Positions 46,309-56,378 of a stretch of DNA of 64,000 nt are shown here, piece after piece. This stretch comes from a virus (taxonomy: Duplodnaviria > Heunggongvirae > Uroviricota > Caudoviricetes), in IMG/VR virus record IMGVR_UViG_3300013126_000009; one strand, written 5' to 3'. The first letter of the stretch is position 1. Each line of letters opens with the position of its first letter. The notes below the pieces were generated by a model. That model was given only the letters and a program-made list of their open reading frames with translations, ran no database searches and was not told where the DNA came from. The position numbers and the translations under genes were made by a program.

Positions 46309-46667
46309 ACCAAAAATGTACAGATATTGTTGAATTAGTTAGCATCTTGTTAGAGAACGGTTTAACTTGTTCTGGCGTTAATTTAACGTCAGACAACAAA
46401 TTAGGTTTTGTTTTTAATGGTTTCAGCAAGTCTGGTACCGCAACTTTGTTTGAAGATAATGGCAAAATATTTTGTCACACCAGATACAATACAGTTGACG
46501 AAATATTTTGTGGTGATGATTTAATCAGAGTTGCGTTTCACTGGTGGAATGACTATCGGGACCGAGAGCCATTTAACAATCCAGATTCTGATATGCTACC
46601 ACATTTTGAACGATTAGGTTTAATAACCAAAAAAATAAATATACAATATGTGCCAAAAGATTATTAA
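46305..46667 (+). CDS. hypothetical protein
   Basis: 120-aa ORF. Confidence 0.35.
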   Translation: MNQKCTDIVELVSILLENGLTCSGVNLTSDNKLGFVFNGFSKSGTATLFEDNGKIFCHTRYNTVDEIFCGDDLIRVAFHWWNDYRDREPFNNPDSDMLPHFERLGLITKKINIQYVPKDY

Positions 46668-46965
46668 ATTATTAACAGTATCTTTTTTACTACCAATTTT
46701 TGCTTTTGCTCAAAGCATGGATAAAGATACTAAGAAAGATATTATGACCAGTGGAATAGTTGTCACAACTGGTGGCGTTGCTTTGACAATCGGTTCCGTT
46801 TTCACAGCTTCAGAACTTCAAATGGTCAATGGTAGATGGCAAACAATGCCAATATATAAACAAGATGCTAGATTTGCTGGCGTAATAACTGGATGTACAA
46901 TAACAGCGTCTGGCGTACTGTCAATGATTTTGACTCACGAACCAAAAACCAAACGAAAACGATGA
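46648..46965 (+). CDS. hypothetical secreted/membrane protein
   Basis: N-terminal signal-like MCQKIIKLLTVSFLLPIFAFA. Confidence 0.35.
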   Translation: MCQKIIKLLTVSFLLPIFAFAQSMDKDTKKDIMTSGIVVTTGGVALTIGSVFTASELQMVNGRWQTMPIYKQDARFAGVITGCTITASGVLSMILTHEPKTKRKR

Positions 46966-47363
46966 GGAAATTATTTTTAGATGATATACGTGAACCTATT
47001 GGTGCCTTTCATTTGGTACCAAATGAAAGTAAACATCTATATTTGGAGGATAATTGGATTTTAGTTAGGTCTTATTTGGAATTTGTGGAATACATTAAAA
47101 ATAATGATTTTCCAGATTTAATATCTTTTGACCATGATTTGTCAACTGACCATTATCAAATCGATTTTGATGATTGGGAAAGTTTTTCTTCAGAGCAATT
47201 AGGCGTTGAAGAAACTGGTTTAGATTGTGCTAAATGGTTGGTGAATTATTGTGAAGAAAATAATTTGAAGTTGCCAGAATTTGTTGTACATTCGCAGAAT
47301 CCTGTTGGTAGAAAAAATATAGATATGTACCTAAAAAACGCTATTAAACATTTAAACCTTTAA
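46962..47363 (+). CDS. hypothetical protein
   Basis: ORF; start at internal ATG 46962 to avoid a 70-nt overlap. Confidence 0.35.
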   Translation: MRKLFLDDIREPIGAFHLVPNESKHLYLEDNWILVRSYLEFVEYIKNNDFPDLISFDHDLSTDHYQIDFDDWESFSSEQLGVEETGLDCAKWLVNYCEENNLKLPEFVVHSQNPVGRKNIDMYLKNAIKHLNL

Positions 47364-47368
47364 TTACT

Positions 47369-47698
47369 ATGGAAACTCCTGACCGATGGTGCGTTATTAG
47401 TATACCACAAGAAAATAATAATATATTATATAAAGTTTTTGGTAGTTGGTATGGTGGCTATTTAGGTGGTGATTATTGGCAAATGAATAGTGGTATTGTG
47501 GATGTGACAGAAGATGACACAAACTTTTATTTTCATGGCGAATCTGGTTCAATATATCAATGCCACAAAGAAACTTACGGTGCAACCAGTTATGGTTCGT
47601 CAGTTTTAAATGGGTTTATTAAAAATACCGAGAAACACGGTTATAATATAAAAATTTTGGAGGGTAACTTTAATTTCATATCTTTGAAAAATGATTAA
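47369..47698 (+). CDS. hypothetical protein
   Basis: 109-aa ORF. Confidence 0.35.
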   Translation: METPDRWCVISIPQENNNILYKVFGSWYGGYLGGDYWQMNSGIVDVTEDDTNFYFHGESGSIYQCHKETYGATSYGSSVLNGFIKNTEKHGYNIKILEGNFNFISLKND

Positions 47699-47984
47699 AA
47701 AAGAATTATTAAATTGTCAATGTAGCTCAGGGAATCATATTATCACGTTTAATTATGATTCTGATGATAACGAAGTTTATTGTAATGTTTATGTTGAACA
47801 AAACAAACCACTTCACAAAAGGATTTGGTATGCAATAAAATATATTTTTGGTTGGCAAAGTAACTACGGTGCGTATTCTGAAATAATCTTAAGGCCAGAA
47901 GATGCGGATGCTTTAAATGATATTGCGGCACATTTGGATAAGGTAACTGAAGAAAATTATCGTAGGGCCGCTGAACAATGGTAA
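47691..47984 (+). CDS. hypothetical protein
   Basis: 97-aa ORF. Confidence 0.35.
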   Translation: MIKKELLNCQCSSGNHIITFNYDSDDNEVYCNVYVEQNKPLHKRIWYAIKYIFGWQSNYGAYSEIILRPEDADALNDIAAHLDKVTEENYRRAAEQW

Positions 47985-48014
47985 TTATTTAAAAAATAAT
48001 TTGTATATTTGCAA

Positions 48015-48161
48015 TATGAAAGAATTAGCGGTAATTATAGGTTTTCTTGCATGGTTAGCCACAACACTAACCATTATTGCAACAATTATTGGCATAGTAC
48101 CATTAATTTTATTTTTTGACGAGTGGTTTAGTTTGGCTGTAATGTTACTTGACAAACTATG
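48015..48161 (+). CDS. small hydrophobic peptide (48 aa, below track cutoff)
   Basis: MKELAVIIGFLAWLATTLTIIATIIGIVPLILFFDEWFSLAVMLLDKL; follows the TATATTTGCAATATG promoter. Confidence 0.3.
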
Positions 48162-48392
48162 ACATACAAAGAAGCAAAAGAAAAAGCCAAAATAGTTAGG
48201 TGGAAAGTCGATACCTGTCATACAGGTGAGGACTGCTGGTGCCGAATAATTGTACCAGAAGAACCTATTGAATATGATTACCATAACGACAAAGAAACCT
48301 ATGAGATTGTCAGTGCTGGTGCAATAGATAGAGAATTTGCAGAACAAATTGTTTCAGAACATAATGCATTAATCGATTATATTAAAAGTTAA
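48159..48392 (+). CDS. hypothetical protein
   Basis: 77-aa ORF. Confidence 0.35.
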   Translation: MTYKEAKEKAKIVRWKVDTCHTGEDCWCRIIVPEEPIEYDYHNDKETYEIVSAGAIDREFAEQIVSEHNALIDYIKS

Positions 48393-48638
48393 ATGGAAAA
48401 AGAAACATACACAATTCATCCAGCGATAGCTGCCATCTATCAAGCGACAAACGACTTGGGATTCTCATGTAATGAAAGTGATGCACATGATATATGGAAT
48501 GCTGTTAAAAAAGCTATTAATCATTATGAGGTTAGGAATTCTGCCGAAAAAGTTGTAAGTTTGCGGTTTGAAGGTACAAATGACCAAACAGAACTATATA
48601 ATGCGATTTGTGAATTAGAACGTCAGCTAAAGAAATAA
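48393..48638 (+). CDS. hypothetical protein
   Basis: 81-aa ORF. Confidence 0.35.
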   Translation: MEKETYTIHPAIAAIYQATNDLGFSCNESDAHDIWNAVKKAINHYEVRNSAEKVVSLRFEGTNDQTELYNAICELERQLKK

Positions 48639-48866
48639 ATGATTTATTGCTCACCAAAAAATAAGAAAGACTGGAAGTTGCTTAGAAGTAATTTAAGCGT
48701 AAGAAATTATATACGTTTAAGAAATAGAGGTAATTTATGTATATTCACAGCGTTTCCTTTTCCGCATATTATAGATGATACGGATAGTAACGTTGACATT
48801 ACCAATATGAAACACTGTTCAGTTAAAGAGTTTTTGAATACTATAGATAATTTTCATAATACATGA
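48639..48866 (+). CDS. hypothetical protein
   Basis: 75-aa ORF. Confidence 0.3.
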   Translation: MIYCSPKNKKDWKLLRSNLSVRNYIRLRNRGNLCIFTAFPFPHIIDDTDSNVDITNMKHCSVKEFLNTIDNFHNT

Positions 48867-49045
48867 CAAAACAATATATATTAACAGTTACTGTTTTGAC
48901 AGACGATGAACCACTTAGTGATATTGAGCTTAAAGCTCTTGATAGTCACATAATTCCGTCATCGGTTGTTATATTTGGTGAAGATGACGAACAACATTTC
49001 TTCATAGAAAATATTAAAATTGAATCAAAATTGTTAGAATTATGA
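48863..49045 (+). CDS. hypothetical protein
   Basis: 60-aa ORF. Confidence 0.3.
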   Translation: MTKQYILTVTVLTDDEPLSDIELKALDSHIIPSSVVIFGEDDEQHFFIENIKIESKLLEL

Positions 49046-49117
49046 TAGAAAATCAATTTCAGAAATTGGTCTCGGTAATTGACAAATTTATCGAAATTAT
49101 AAATAAATAACAAAAAA

Positions 49118-49324
49118 ATGAAATCAGCGTATTACATCATGCAGTTATGGCAAACAGGCAATGTTGGTAGTCATAATATAACCAAATCTCACGTAAACCC
49201 AGAAGAAGGTTTTGAAACCTATGAAGAAGCTGAAGAATATATGATTAATTGTTCTGAAAAATGGTTATACGAATATTGCCATTCGTGGGATACATTCTGC
49301 ATCATGAAAATTTATGAGAAATAA
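49118..49324 (+). CDS. hypothetical protein
   Basis: 68-aa ORF. Confidence 0.3.
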   Translation: MKSAYYIMQLWQTGNVGSHNITKSHVNPEEGFETYEEAEEYMINCSEKWLYEYCHSWDTFCIMKIYEK

Positions 49325-49743
49325 TGGTACCGAACTCGCATATTAGACCAGAAGAAATTAGAATCGGAAATCTAATTAAATCAACAGTAGACGGCTCGAT
49401 AATAACAGTTACTGATATTTATCACGCATGTCTTGAGCCAGAAACAAATTGCGGCTGGATTATTGACGATAAAGGAACTTTCCTTAGAGATTGTGAACCA
49501 ATAACTTTAACTGAAGACTGGTTTAAAAAAGCTGGTTTTCATTATAATGATGAATTTAAATATTGGATAGATGGTACATGGGAACTTGCGTTTAAAAAAG
49601 ATGGTAAGTCATGGTGGGTCATGAGCCATAGTGAATACGATGGTTCAACATGGTTCCTTAAGAAAATAAAATATGTACATGAATTTCAAAACATTTATTA
49701 CCAAATAAATGGTTTCGACCCTTATGATAAAGAAAATGATTAA
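49324..49743 (+). CDS. hypothetical protein
   Basis: 139-aa ORF. Confidence 0.4.
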   Translation: MVPNSHIRPEEIRIGNLIKSTVDGSIITVTDIYHACLEPETNCGWIIDDKGTFLRDCEPITLTEDWFKKAGFHYNDEFKYWIDGTWELAFKKDGKSWWVMSHSEYDGSTWFLKKIKYVHEFQNIYYQINGFDPYDKEND

Positions 49744-49757
49744 AAAAATAAATTAAA

Positions 49758-50615
49758 ATGCGTCAAAATAACAATACCTATGGTCTAAAATCGTTCAATT
49801 ATTTGGAGGATGGTGAAATTGCTTACAATAACTTAGACACAATTAAAACAACAAATAAATTGGATGCTGGTGTCTATCATATAAATTATCTACCTTATCC
49901 AGATAGTCGTGTTTTAGTGAAATGTGATAAAAATACTGAAACCATTAAAAAACATGATTTCCCTGATGCTGATAAATTAGATGCATTGTTCAACGCCTTT
50001 TTTGATAACGATATTAAAAATAGAATTGAATCTTTAGGTTATTATCATAAAATCGGTATCTTATTGTATGGTATTGAAGGTACTGGTAAAAGCACAATCC
50101 TTAAGCGATATTATTGTGATGCTATCGAAAAACATGAAGCTATTGTTTTTTTTATAAACGATTACGAATTTCTTCAGAAATGTTGGCAGTTTGTTATGGA
50201 TGTCAGAGCAATACAAGACAATCCTTTCATTGTTATTTTTGAAGAAATGGATAGCATTTTCCCGTTTAACGGTAAGGAGTCATATCTGAAAATGGCTATG
50301 GATGGTAGTTTATCAATCAATAATTGTATTTATCTGGGCACCACTAACTATATTGACCGAATCCCCAGCGCAATTAAAGATAGACCATCAAGATTCAAAT
50401 ATAAGTTTAATATTGAAGGTATTCAAGAAGAAACAGCCGTTAAAAATATCATAACGGAACTAATTGGTGACATTATTACCGCAGATGAACTTGATTCAAT
50501 GGTACAAGACCTTAAAGGTCAAACCATCGATGTCATTAAACATAAATGTTTTGATAAAATAATGGACCTGAAAAATCACACTTACGGTAAACGAAAAATC
50601 GGTTTTAAAAAATAA
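49758..50615 (+). CDS. AAA+ ATPase
   Basis: Walker A LLYGIEGTGKSTIL; Walker B VIFEEMDSIF. Confidence 0.55.
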   Translation: MRQNNNTYGLKSFNYLEDGEIAYNNLDTIKTTNKLDAGVYHINYLPYPDSRVLVKCDKNTETIKKHDFPDADKLDALFNAFFDNDIKNRIESLGYYHKIGILLYGIEGTGKSTILKRYYCDAIEKHEAIVFFINDYEFLQKCWQFVMDVRAIQDNPFIVIFEEMDSIFPFNGKESYLKMAMDGSLSINNCIYLGTTNYIDRIPSAIKDRPSRFKYKFNIEGIQEETAVKNIITELIGDIITADELDSMVQDLKGQTIDVIKHKCFDKIMDLKNHTYGKRKIGFKK

Positions 50616-50616
50616 T

Positions 50617-50931
50617 ATGACTATGAAGAATATATTAATATGCTTGTTTTTAATTTCAATAGGTCTGTCCTCATGTTATATGCCACCAAAAAATGCCGAT
50701 GAAACCCCATGGACATTATATGATACTGTTATTGTTGTCAATAAGGAAATAATAATAACTGAAGGTTCATTTTTTGCGAGTGGAAAGGTTAGATATATGG
50801 TAGCATTTAATGATTCAGATTACGGATATTTTAATTTTGGTGAATATTCTTGCGTTGAAATTGGTGATACAATCCCAAAAAGCAAGTTGAATACCGATTA
50901 TTATTGGGATTTCCATATTGATTGTAACTGA
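50617..50931 (+). CDS. putative lipoprotein
   Basis: Signal peptide MTMKNILICLFLISIGLSSC with a lipobox-like LSSC. Confidence 0.4.
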   Translation: MTMKNILICLFLISIGLSSCYMPPKNADETPWTLYDTVIVVNKEIIITEGSFFASGKVRYMVAFNDSDYGYFNFGEYSCVEIGDTIPKSKLNTDYYWDFHIDCN

Positions 50932-50981
50932 GTTTGAAAAATAATTCGTATATTTGTACCATAAACTAAAAAAAACGTAAA

Positions 50982-51419
50982 ATGACAAGTAGAGAAATTT
51001 CAAATAATGTTGAATCAGAAATTGTTAATCTGTTAAAGAACCAACGGATTAATTATGTTATTCATGGTGGCGAAACCGATACTATCAATTATGAAATCTT
51101 TGTCGGTAGCAAAGCATGTTGGGTACAAATTGAAACGGATGATACTGACAATGAAGGTTATGTTGTAGTTCAATTATATGATACAACTGAAGATTCAACA
51201 TTTGAAGAATCCATAGAACTAAAGTCTGATGATAATATTGAAAACGTTTTAGCAATTCTAATTGAATTGATTGACTACACCAAAAATAAAATCAGTGTTG
51301 AAGCTAAGATTGAAACATTAATTCAAAAAATCATTGATTTATGTAATCAAAATCAGTTGAATATTGATAATTATATTGAAATTGTTAATTATGATATGGA
51401 TTTTGATGGTTTAGATTAA
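50982..51419 (+). CDS. hypothetical acidic protein
   Basis: 145-aa ORF after a TATATTTGTACC box. Confidence 0.4.
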   Translation: MTSREISNNVESEIVNLLKNQRINYVIHGGETDTINYEIFVGSKACWVQIETDDTDNEGYVVVQLYDTTEDSTFEESIELKSDDNIENVLAILIELIDYTKNKISVEAKIETLIQKIIDLCNQNQLNIDNYIEIVNYDMDFDGLD

Positions 51420-51441
51420 TTGACTATATTTGTAAGAAAAA

Positions 51442-51678
51442 ATGAAAATAACTACAAGACATACTGCTACGGTTAAATTAACAAAACAAGAACTTATTGA
51501 AAAATTAAATTCAATAGCACCATTGCTATTCGGTATTGAGTCTGAATTAAGAGACTATACCATAACCGATATCGAAGATGTTCAAAGAGTTGAATATGAG
51601 CAGTCAATTTATCCATCTGATGCTTATCAATATGAGATATTTGATGGTATCAAACTAATTTTAGAAAAAAAACAATAA
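51442..51678 (+). CDS. hypothetical protein
   Basis: 78-aa ORF. Confidence 0.35.
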   Translation: MKITTRHTATVKLTKQELIEKLNSIAPLLFGIESELRDYTITDIEDVQRVEYEQSIYPSDAYQYEIFDGIKLILEKKQ

Positions 51679-51688
51679 ATAAAAAAGA

Positions 51689-52141
51689 ATGGTAACAATT
51701 AAAGATTACATGAATGATGGTGCGCATCCATCAGCAAAAGCTGTGTTGGCTCTATTGAGTTGGTTTGATATTGAAGAATCTTGGGATTCTGAAAGACATG
51801 TTTATCGCGCTGAAATCAAAGTCGCTCGTTGGCATAACTGTAGAGAACAAGGTTATGTCTTATCACTTAAGTCTAAAGATTATAGCAGACAATTGAATGT
51901 TGCGTTTTTTGAACATCGTAATTCTGATTCAATTCATGCGGTTAAGTGGGAACAAAAAACATTGAACCCACCAACAATAGATACGGCTGATTTTGGTGAT
52001 GTTTATCAAACAAAATGGGACACATCACATAGCGTGTCATATAATCAGCATTATGATATGGCTGATTGGATTAAAGAACAATTCACTGACTTCTGGTTGG
52101 AAACTTCTGACGTGAAAGAAGAAAAAAACTTGGATGATTAA
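51689..52141 (+). CDS. hypothetical protein
   Basis: 150-aa ORF. Confidence 0.4.
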   Translation: MVTIKDYMNDGAHPSAKAVLALLSWFDIEESWDSERHVYRAEIKVARWHNCREQGYVLSLKSKDYSRQLNVAFFEHRNSDSIHAVKWEQKTLNPPTIDTADFGDVYQTKWDTSHSVSYNQHYDMADWIKEQFTDFWLETSDVKEEKNLDD

Positions 52142-52215
52142 AATATAATTCATATATTTGTATCCGAAATATAAATTACTAACTAAAATTAATTATTAAC
52201 TAAAAAAAAAGAAAA

Positions 52216-53610
52216 ATGATTCTATTAACAATTTTGGGATTTATTATGGTTGCGTTCGCTATTGCGATGTCAGTGATGCATCCCACACTGAGACTTCAAC
52301 CTGAAACAAAAAAAGGTAAAAACCGATGGGGTGATAATGTCACTGAAGAACTACCAGCATCACCAACATTCTTAACCATGTGGACAAAGAAACCTAGAAC
52401 GATTCTATTAGGCGTTGGCGCATTGCTTATTGTATTACCAAGCTTTTTATTCTATGCCACACCAGGCCATCAGTATTATGTTGTATCACCATTCGGTACT
52501 AAGAGTGCTGTAACAACAAAATCTGGATATGTATTCAAGATTCCATTTTCTAGGATTCAAGAATGGGAGAAATTCGTTGACGTAAAAGTTATTGACGAAG
52601 GTGACCCAACTGAGGGTATTGAAGGTATTATTAAAGGTGGTATTCCAATTAGATTTATTGACCAAGTAAAAGCTGCTGTAAAGGTATCTGTACGAGTTCA
52701 AATACCTTCAGACCCAGAAAGTTTTATGGTTTTGGCTGAAGAGTTCAGACACCCACAGAACTTTGTTAACAATACATTGGTGCCAACAGTTCGTGAACAA
52801 GTAATTAATACTGGCTATATGTTTGCAGCCCAAGATTATATCTCTGGTGCCGCATCAGATTTCAGACAAACTTTGGATGACCAGTTAAAGAATGGTGGGT
52901 TCTCAGTTGAAAAGAAAGAATATTTTGATACCACATATGTTAATACTGGTATTCAAGAAGATGGTGAACGAAAAATCCGTGAAATATCAACACGCTATGA
53001 GGTTGAAAAACGAATCGGTACCGATGGATTTCCAACAAGAATCCCACACGATATTACCAAGAATAACGTTATCGTTTCACAAGTAATCGTTGACCAATTG
53101 GTACTTGAAGAAGCATTCCAAAAACGTCTTGAAAAACAAAGAGACATTGCCTCTCAGAAGAGAATTGAAATGGAAGCTGTTGAAGCCGCAAAAATTGCAC
53201 AACAAAAGATTCTTGCAGAAGGTGAGCGTGATAAAGCTGCTGAACGTGTAGCACAAGAACGAGAGCAGGTTAAAACACTTATCGCAATTGAAACCAAAGT
53301 TAAGCAAGAGGAATCTAAACGTGAATTGGCTGAAATTGCTCTTAAGACTGCCGAACTTGAAGCTAAAGCACAAAAAGTTAAAGCCGATGCTGAATCGTAT
53401 CAGAACGCTAGATTGGTTAGTGCTGGACTTACACCACAAGAAAAAGCCCAAATTCAAAAAGAAACAGCAATCGGTGTTGCTGCTGAGTTGGCAAAACTTA
53501 ATCTACCTGAAGTGTATGTTGCTGGTTCAAGTGGTAAAGGTAATAACGGCATACTAACAGACCTATTAGGTGCGGAATTTGCAAAAACAATGATTCCGAA
53601 AACAAAATAA
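52216..53610 (+). CDS. SPFH/band-7 (flotillin/YqiK-like) membrane protein with long coiled coil
   Basis: N-terminal TM, SPFH-like core, then an E/K/A-rich heptad region (EAVEAAKIAQQKILAEGERDKAAERVAQ...). Confidence 0.5.
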   Translation: MILLTILGFIMVAFAIAMSVMHPTLRLQPETKKGKNRWGDNVTEELPASPTFLTMWTKKPRTILLGVGALLIVLPSFLFYATPGHQYYVVSPFGTKSAVTTKSGYVFKIPFSRIQEWEKFVDVKVIDEGDPTEGIEGIIKGGIPIRFIDQVKAAVKVSVRVQIPSDPESFMVLAEEFRHPQNFVNNTLVPTVREQVINTGYMFAAQDYISGAASDFRQTLDDQLKNGGFSVEKKEYFDTTYVNTGIQEDGERKIREISTRYEVEKRIGTDGFPTRIPHDITKNNVIVSQVIVDQLVLEEAFQKRLEKQRDIASQKRIEMEAVEAAKIAQQKILAEGERDKAAERVAQEREQVKTLIAIETKVKQEESKRELAEIALKTAELEAKAQKVKADAESYQNARLVSAGLTPQEKAQIQKETAIGVAAELAKLNLPEVYVAGSSGKGNNGILTDLLGAEFAKTMIPKTK

Positions 53611-53636
53611 TCAAAATAGTTAGTTAGTAATTCTAA

Positions 53637-53667
53637 AAAGGTGAGAAATATTTCTCACCTTTTTTTG
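53637..53667 (+). terminator. rho-independent terminator
   Basis: AAAAAGGTGAGAAATATTTCTCACCTTTTTTTG. Confidence 0.75.
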
Positions 53668-53721
53668 TTTATATCATTAATAATTCATATATTTGTATCA
53701 TAAACCAAAAAAAAAACAATA

Positions 53722-54441
53722 ATGGGAAATAAAAAAGATTCATTGGGTGACCGTATGAAGGAATTCTATGAGAATAGAACAAGAACCTTTCTACCTAGAA
53801 GGACTTATACGATAATACGCATTGACGGAAAAGCTTTTCACACATACACTAGAGGTCTTGAAAGACCATTTGATTGGAAATTGGTGAATGATATGGATGA
53901 AACCGCAAAGTACCTATGTGAAAATATTCAAGGTGCCAAATTTGCATTTGTTCAAAGTGATGAGATTTCAATTCTTTTAACTGACTTCAATGAACTAACA
54001 ACCTCAGCTTGGTTTGATGGTAATGTTCAAAAAATGGCGAGTATTTCAGCTAGTTTGGCAACAGCTAAGTTTAACCAACTTAGACCAAAAAAATTGGCAA
54101 TGTTTGATAGTCGCGTATTTACCATTCCGACAGCAGTTGAAGTTGAGAATTACATGATTTGGAGACAACAAGATACTGTTAGAAATAGTATCTCGTCAGT
54201 TGCACAATCTTTATACAGTCATAAAGAACTTAATGGTAAAAACACCAATCAAATGCAAGAAATGTGTTTTCAAAAGGGCGTTAATTGGAATGATTTTGAC
54301 CCAAAACTTAAAAGAGGTCGATTAATCGTTAAAGAAAACTACGATAAAAATGGGTCAACGAGAAGTCGATGGGTTAGTATAGCACCACCAGTTTTTACCC
54401 AAGAACGAGAATATTTTAATAATTTAATACCAAAACAATAA
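53722..54441 (+). CDS. Thg1-like protein (tRNA-His guanylyltransferase / 3'-5' nucleotidyl polymerase family)
   Basis: YTIIRIDGKAFHTYTRGLERPFD...AKFAFVQSDEISILL parallels the Thg1 motifs VVRIDGRNFHKF...FGESDEYSFIL. Confidence 0.7.
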   Translation: MGNKKDSLGDRMKEFYENRTRTFLPRRTYTIIRIDGKAFHTYTRGLERPFDWKLVNDMDETAKYLCENIQGAKFAFVQSDEISILLTDFNELTTSAWFDGNVQKMASISASLATAKFNQLRPKKLAMFDSRVFTIPTAVEVENYMIWRQQDTVRNSISSVAQSLYSHKELNGKNTNQMQEMCFQKGVNWNDFDPKLKRGRLIVKENYDKNGSTRSRWVSIAPPVFTQEREYFNNLIPKQ

Positions 54442-54830
54442 TGGAAGATAGAATACAAGTTAATGGTATTTGGTATGTAAGAGAAGACCAAACAGAGAAA
54501 AATGAGCCATTACTAATTAATGATGAAGATTTGACATTTTCAAGAAAATGTACTTTTGAAAACGATAATTGTTTGTTTGAGTTTGAGGTATTGGAAAACG
54601 ATTACGATGAATTAATAATGCCGTCATTACAGTATTGTAACAAGAGAGTGAAAGATTCCAAAGTAATACACATAGCAGATAACGAGAATTGGTTCATCAG
54701 AATAATAAATAATGAGCCATTAGCGTTTGATGATTTGGATGGTGAAATTGACTTAACAGAGGATAGACAATTACTTAGACAGTTTTTAATTAAATTACAA
54801 AAAAAAGGTTGGGTTAACGATGAACTATAA
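54441..54830 (+). CDS. hypothetical protein
   Basis: 129-aa ORF, ATGA-coupled. Confidence 0.35.
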   Translation: MEDRIQVNGIWYVREDQTEKNEPLLINDEDLTFSRKCTFENDNCLFEFEVLENDYDELIMPSLQYCNKRVKDSKVIHIADNENWFIRIINNEPLAFDDLDGEIDLTEDRQLLRQFLIKLQKKGWVNDEL

Positions 54831-55347
54831 CGATTTTGAAAAATTTAGAGAGTTTGCAGTGAATCAACATGACGTTGTTTGCAACCAAAAATATGGTGAC
54901 ATTCATCCATATTCATTCCATCTAGATTTGGTAGTTAACCAAGTCAAAAAATTCTATAATGAAGTTGGTTTTAATCGCGATGAACAGATTAAGGTGCTTT
55001 GCGGTGCCATAGGTCATGACCTTATCGAAGACGCCAGAGTAACCTACAACGATATTAAACATAAGGTTGGTGATGGCGTTGCTGATATAATCTACTGTTG
55101 TACTGAAGAAAAAGGTAAGAATCGTGATGAACGTCATTCAGAAAAATACTTTAACGAACTTAAAGAAAATGAATTGGCGGTATTTGTTAAGTTGTGTGAT
55201 ATAATAGCTAATGTTAAATATTCACTATTAACAAACTCATCAATGTTCAATAAGTACAAAAAAGAATATCCGAAAGTAAAAGAACGATTATATCTTGAAA
55301 GATATCAAGAATTATTCGTATATTTGGAGAAACTTTTAGAATGTTAA
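54820..55347 (+). CDS. HD-domain protein
   Basis: H...AIGHDLIED...D motif. Confidence 0.5.
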   Translation: MNYNDFEKFREFAVNQHDVVCNQKYGDIHPYSFHLDLVVNQVKKFYNEVGFNRDEQIKVLCGAIGHDLIEDARVTYNDIKHKVGDGVADIIYCCTEEKGKNRDERHSEKYFNELKENELAVFVKLCDIIANVKYSLLTNSSMFNKYKKEYPKVKERLYLERYQELFVYLEKLLEC

Positions 55348-55970
55348 AAACAATGGAAACAAAACGATGTAAAGTAGTGATGCTACCTACGAATAAAGCA
55401 TCACAGATTGCTTTGTGTAAGTATAACGAACGTAAGGGTATTTTTTATGGAGAAGTTCCCACAATAGAAGAGTCTCTTCAAAATCAAAACCTCTACATCA
55501 TAGATGATTCAGAGATAAAGGAAGGCGATTGGTATTACATATCAGGTGGAATAGGTCAATCGGTAGGCATTTATCAAGCTGAAAAAGACGCTGTAAACAA
55601 CGATTGGAGACATAAAATCATAGCAACCACTGATGATAAATTATGGCATTCTGCTTCTGATAAATACGGACAAGGGTGCGCATTGATTCCAAAATCATTC
55701 ATCAAAGAATATTGTAGAAAGGGTGGTGTTGATGAAGTTGATGTGGAGTATATTGTGACAGTTCCTAAATATGAACTTGAACTTAAAGTCAACCCACGCC
55801 ACGAAATCACCATTCATCCGATTGAAGCGAAATTGTATACAAGAGAAGAGGTCGAACAGATGTTGCATGACATTGTTAACGATTCACATTGTAAACCTGA
55901 ACGAATTGTTCAACCTAACAGCAACAAATGTGCTGAATTTGTGTTAAATTGGATAAAAAAGAGATTATGA
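55341..55970 (+). CDS. hypothetical protein
   Basis: 209-aa ORF. Confidence 0.4.
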   Translation: MLKTMETKRCKVVMLPTNKASQIALCKYNERKGIFYGEVPTIEESLQNQNLYIIDDSEIKEGDWYYISGGIGQSVGIYQAEKDAVNNDWRHKIIATTDDKLWHSASDKYGQGCALIPKSFIKEYCRKGGVDEVDVEYIVTVPKYELELKVNPRHEITIHPIEAKLYTREEVEQMLHDIVNDSHCKPERIVQPNSNKCAEFVLNWIKKRL

Positions 55971-56362
55971 AAGAACAACTTATATCGTTCAAAACGGCTA
56001 AGCTCGCTAAAGAGAAGGGTTTTGACCCCGAATGTAATTTAAGCGATTATGCTTTCGGTACATTTGATGGTGTATTTAAACAAAAAACATTAGCATGCCG
56101 ACACGCAATGATTTTTTCTCGATGGATTAATGACCAAGAAAAAATATCAGCACCAACTCAATCCTTACTCCAAAAATGGTTGAGAGAGGAACATGGCGTC
56201 CACGTCTGTTCAATTTCCCAATATAATACGAACAGATGGTTTCAACATTACTATGTTACCATTAACGGTAAAACTCTTGATGAATTGGAATTTGAGACAT
56301 ACGAAGAAGCTCTTGAAGCTGGATTATACCAATCAATGGAATTGATACAAAAAAATTTTTGA
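55949..56362 (+). CDS. hypothetical protein
   Basis: 137-aa ORF. Confidence 0.35.
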   Translation: MDKKEIMKEQLISFKTAKLAKEKGFDPECNLSDYAFGTFDGVFKQKTLACRHAMIFSRWINDQEKISAPTQSLLQKWLREEHGVHVCSISQYNTNRWFQHYYVTINGKTLDELEFETYEEALEAGLYQSMELIQKNF

Positions 56363-56378
56363 ACAATCAACAACAACA

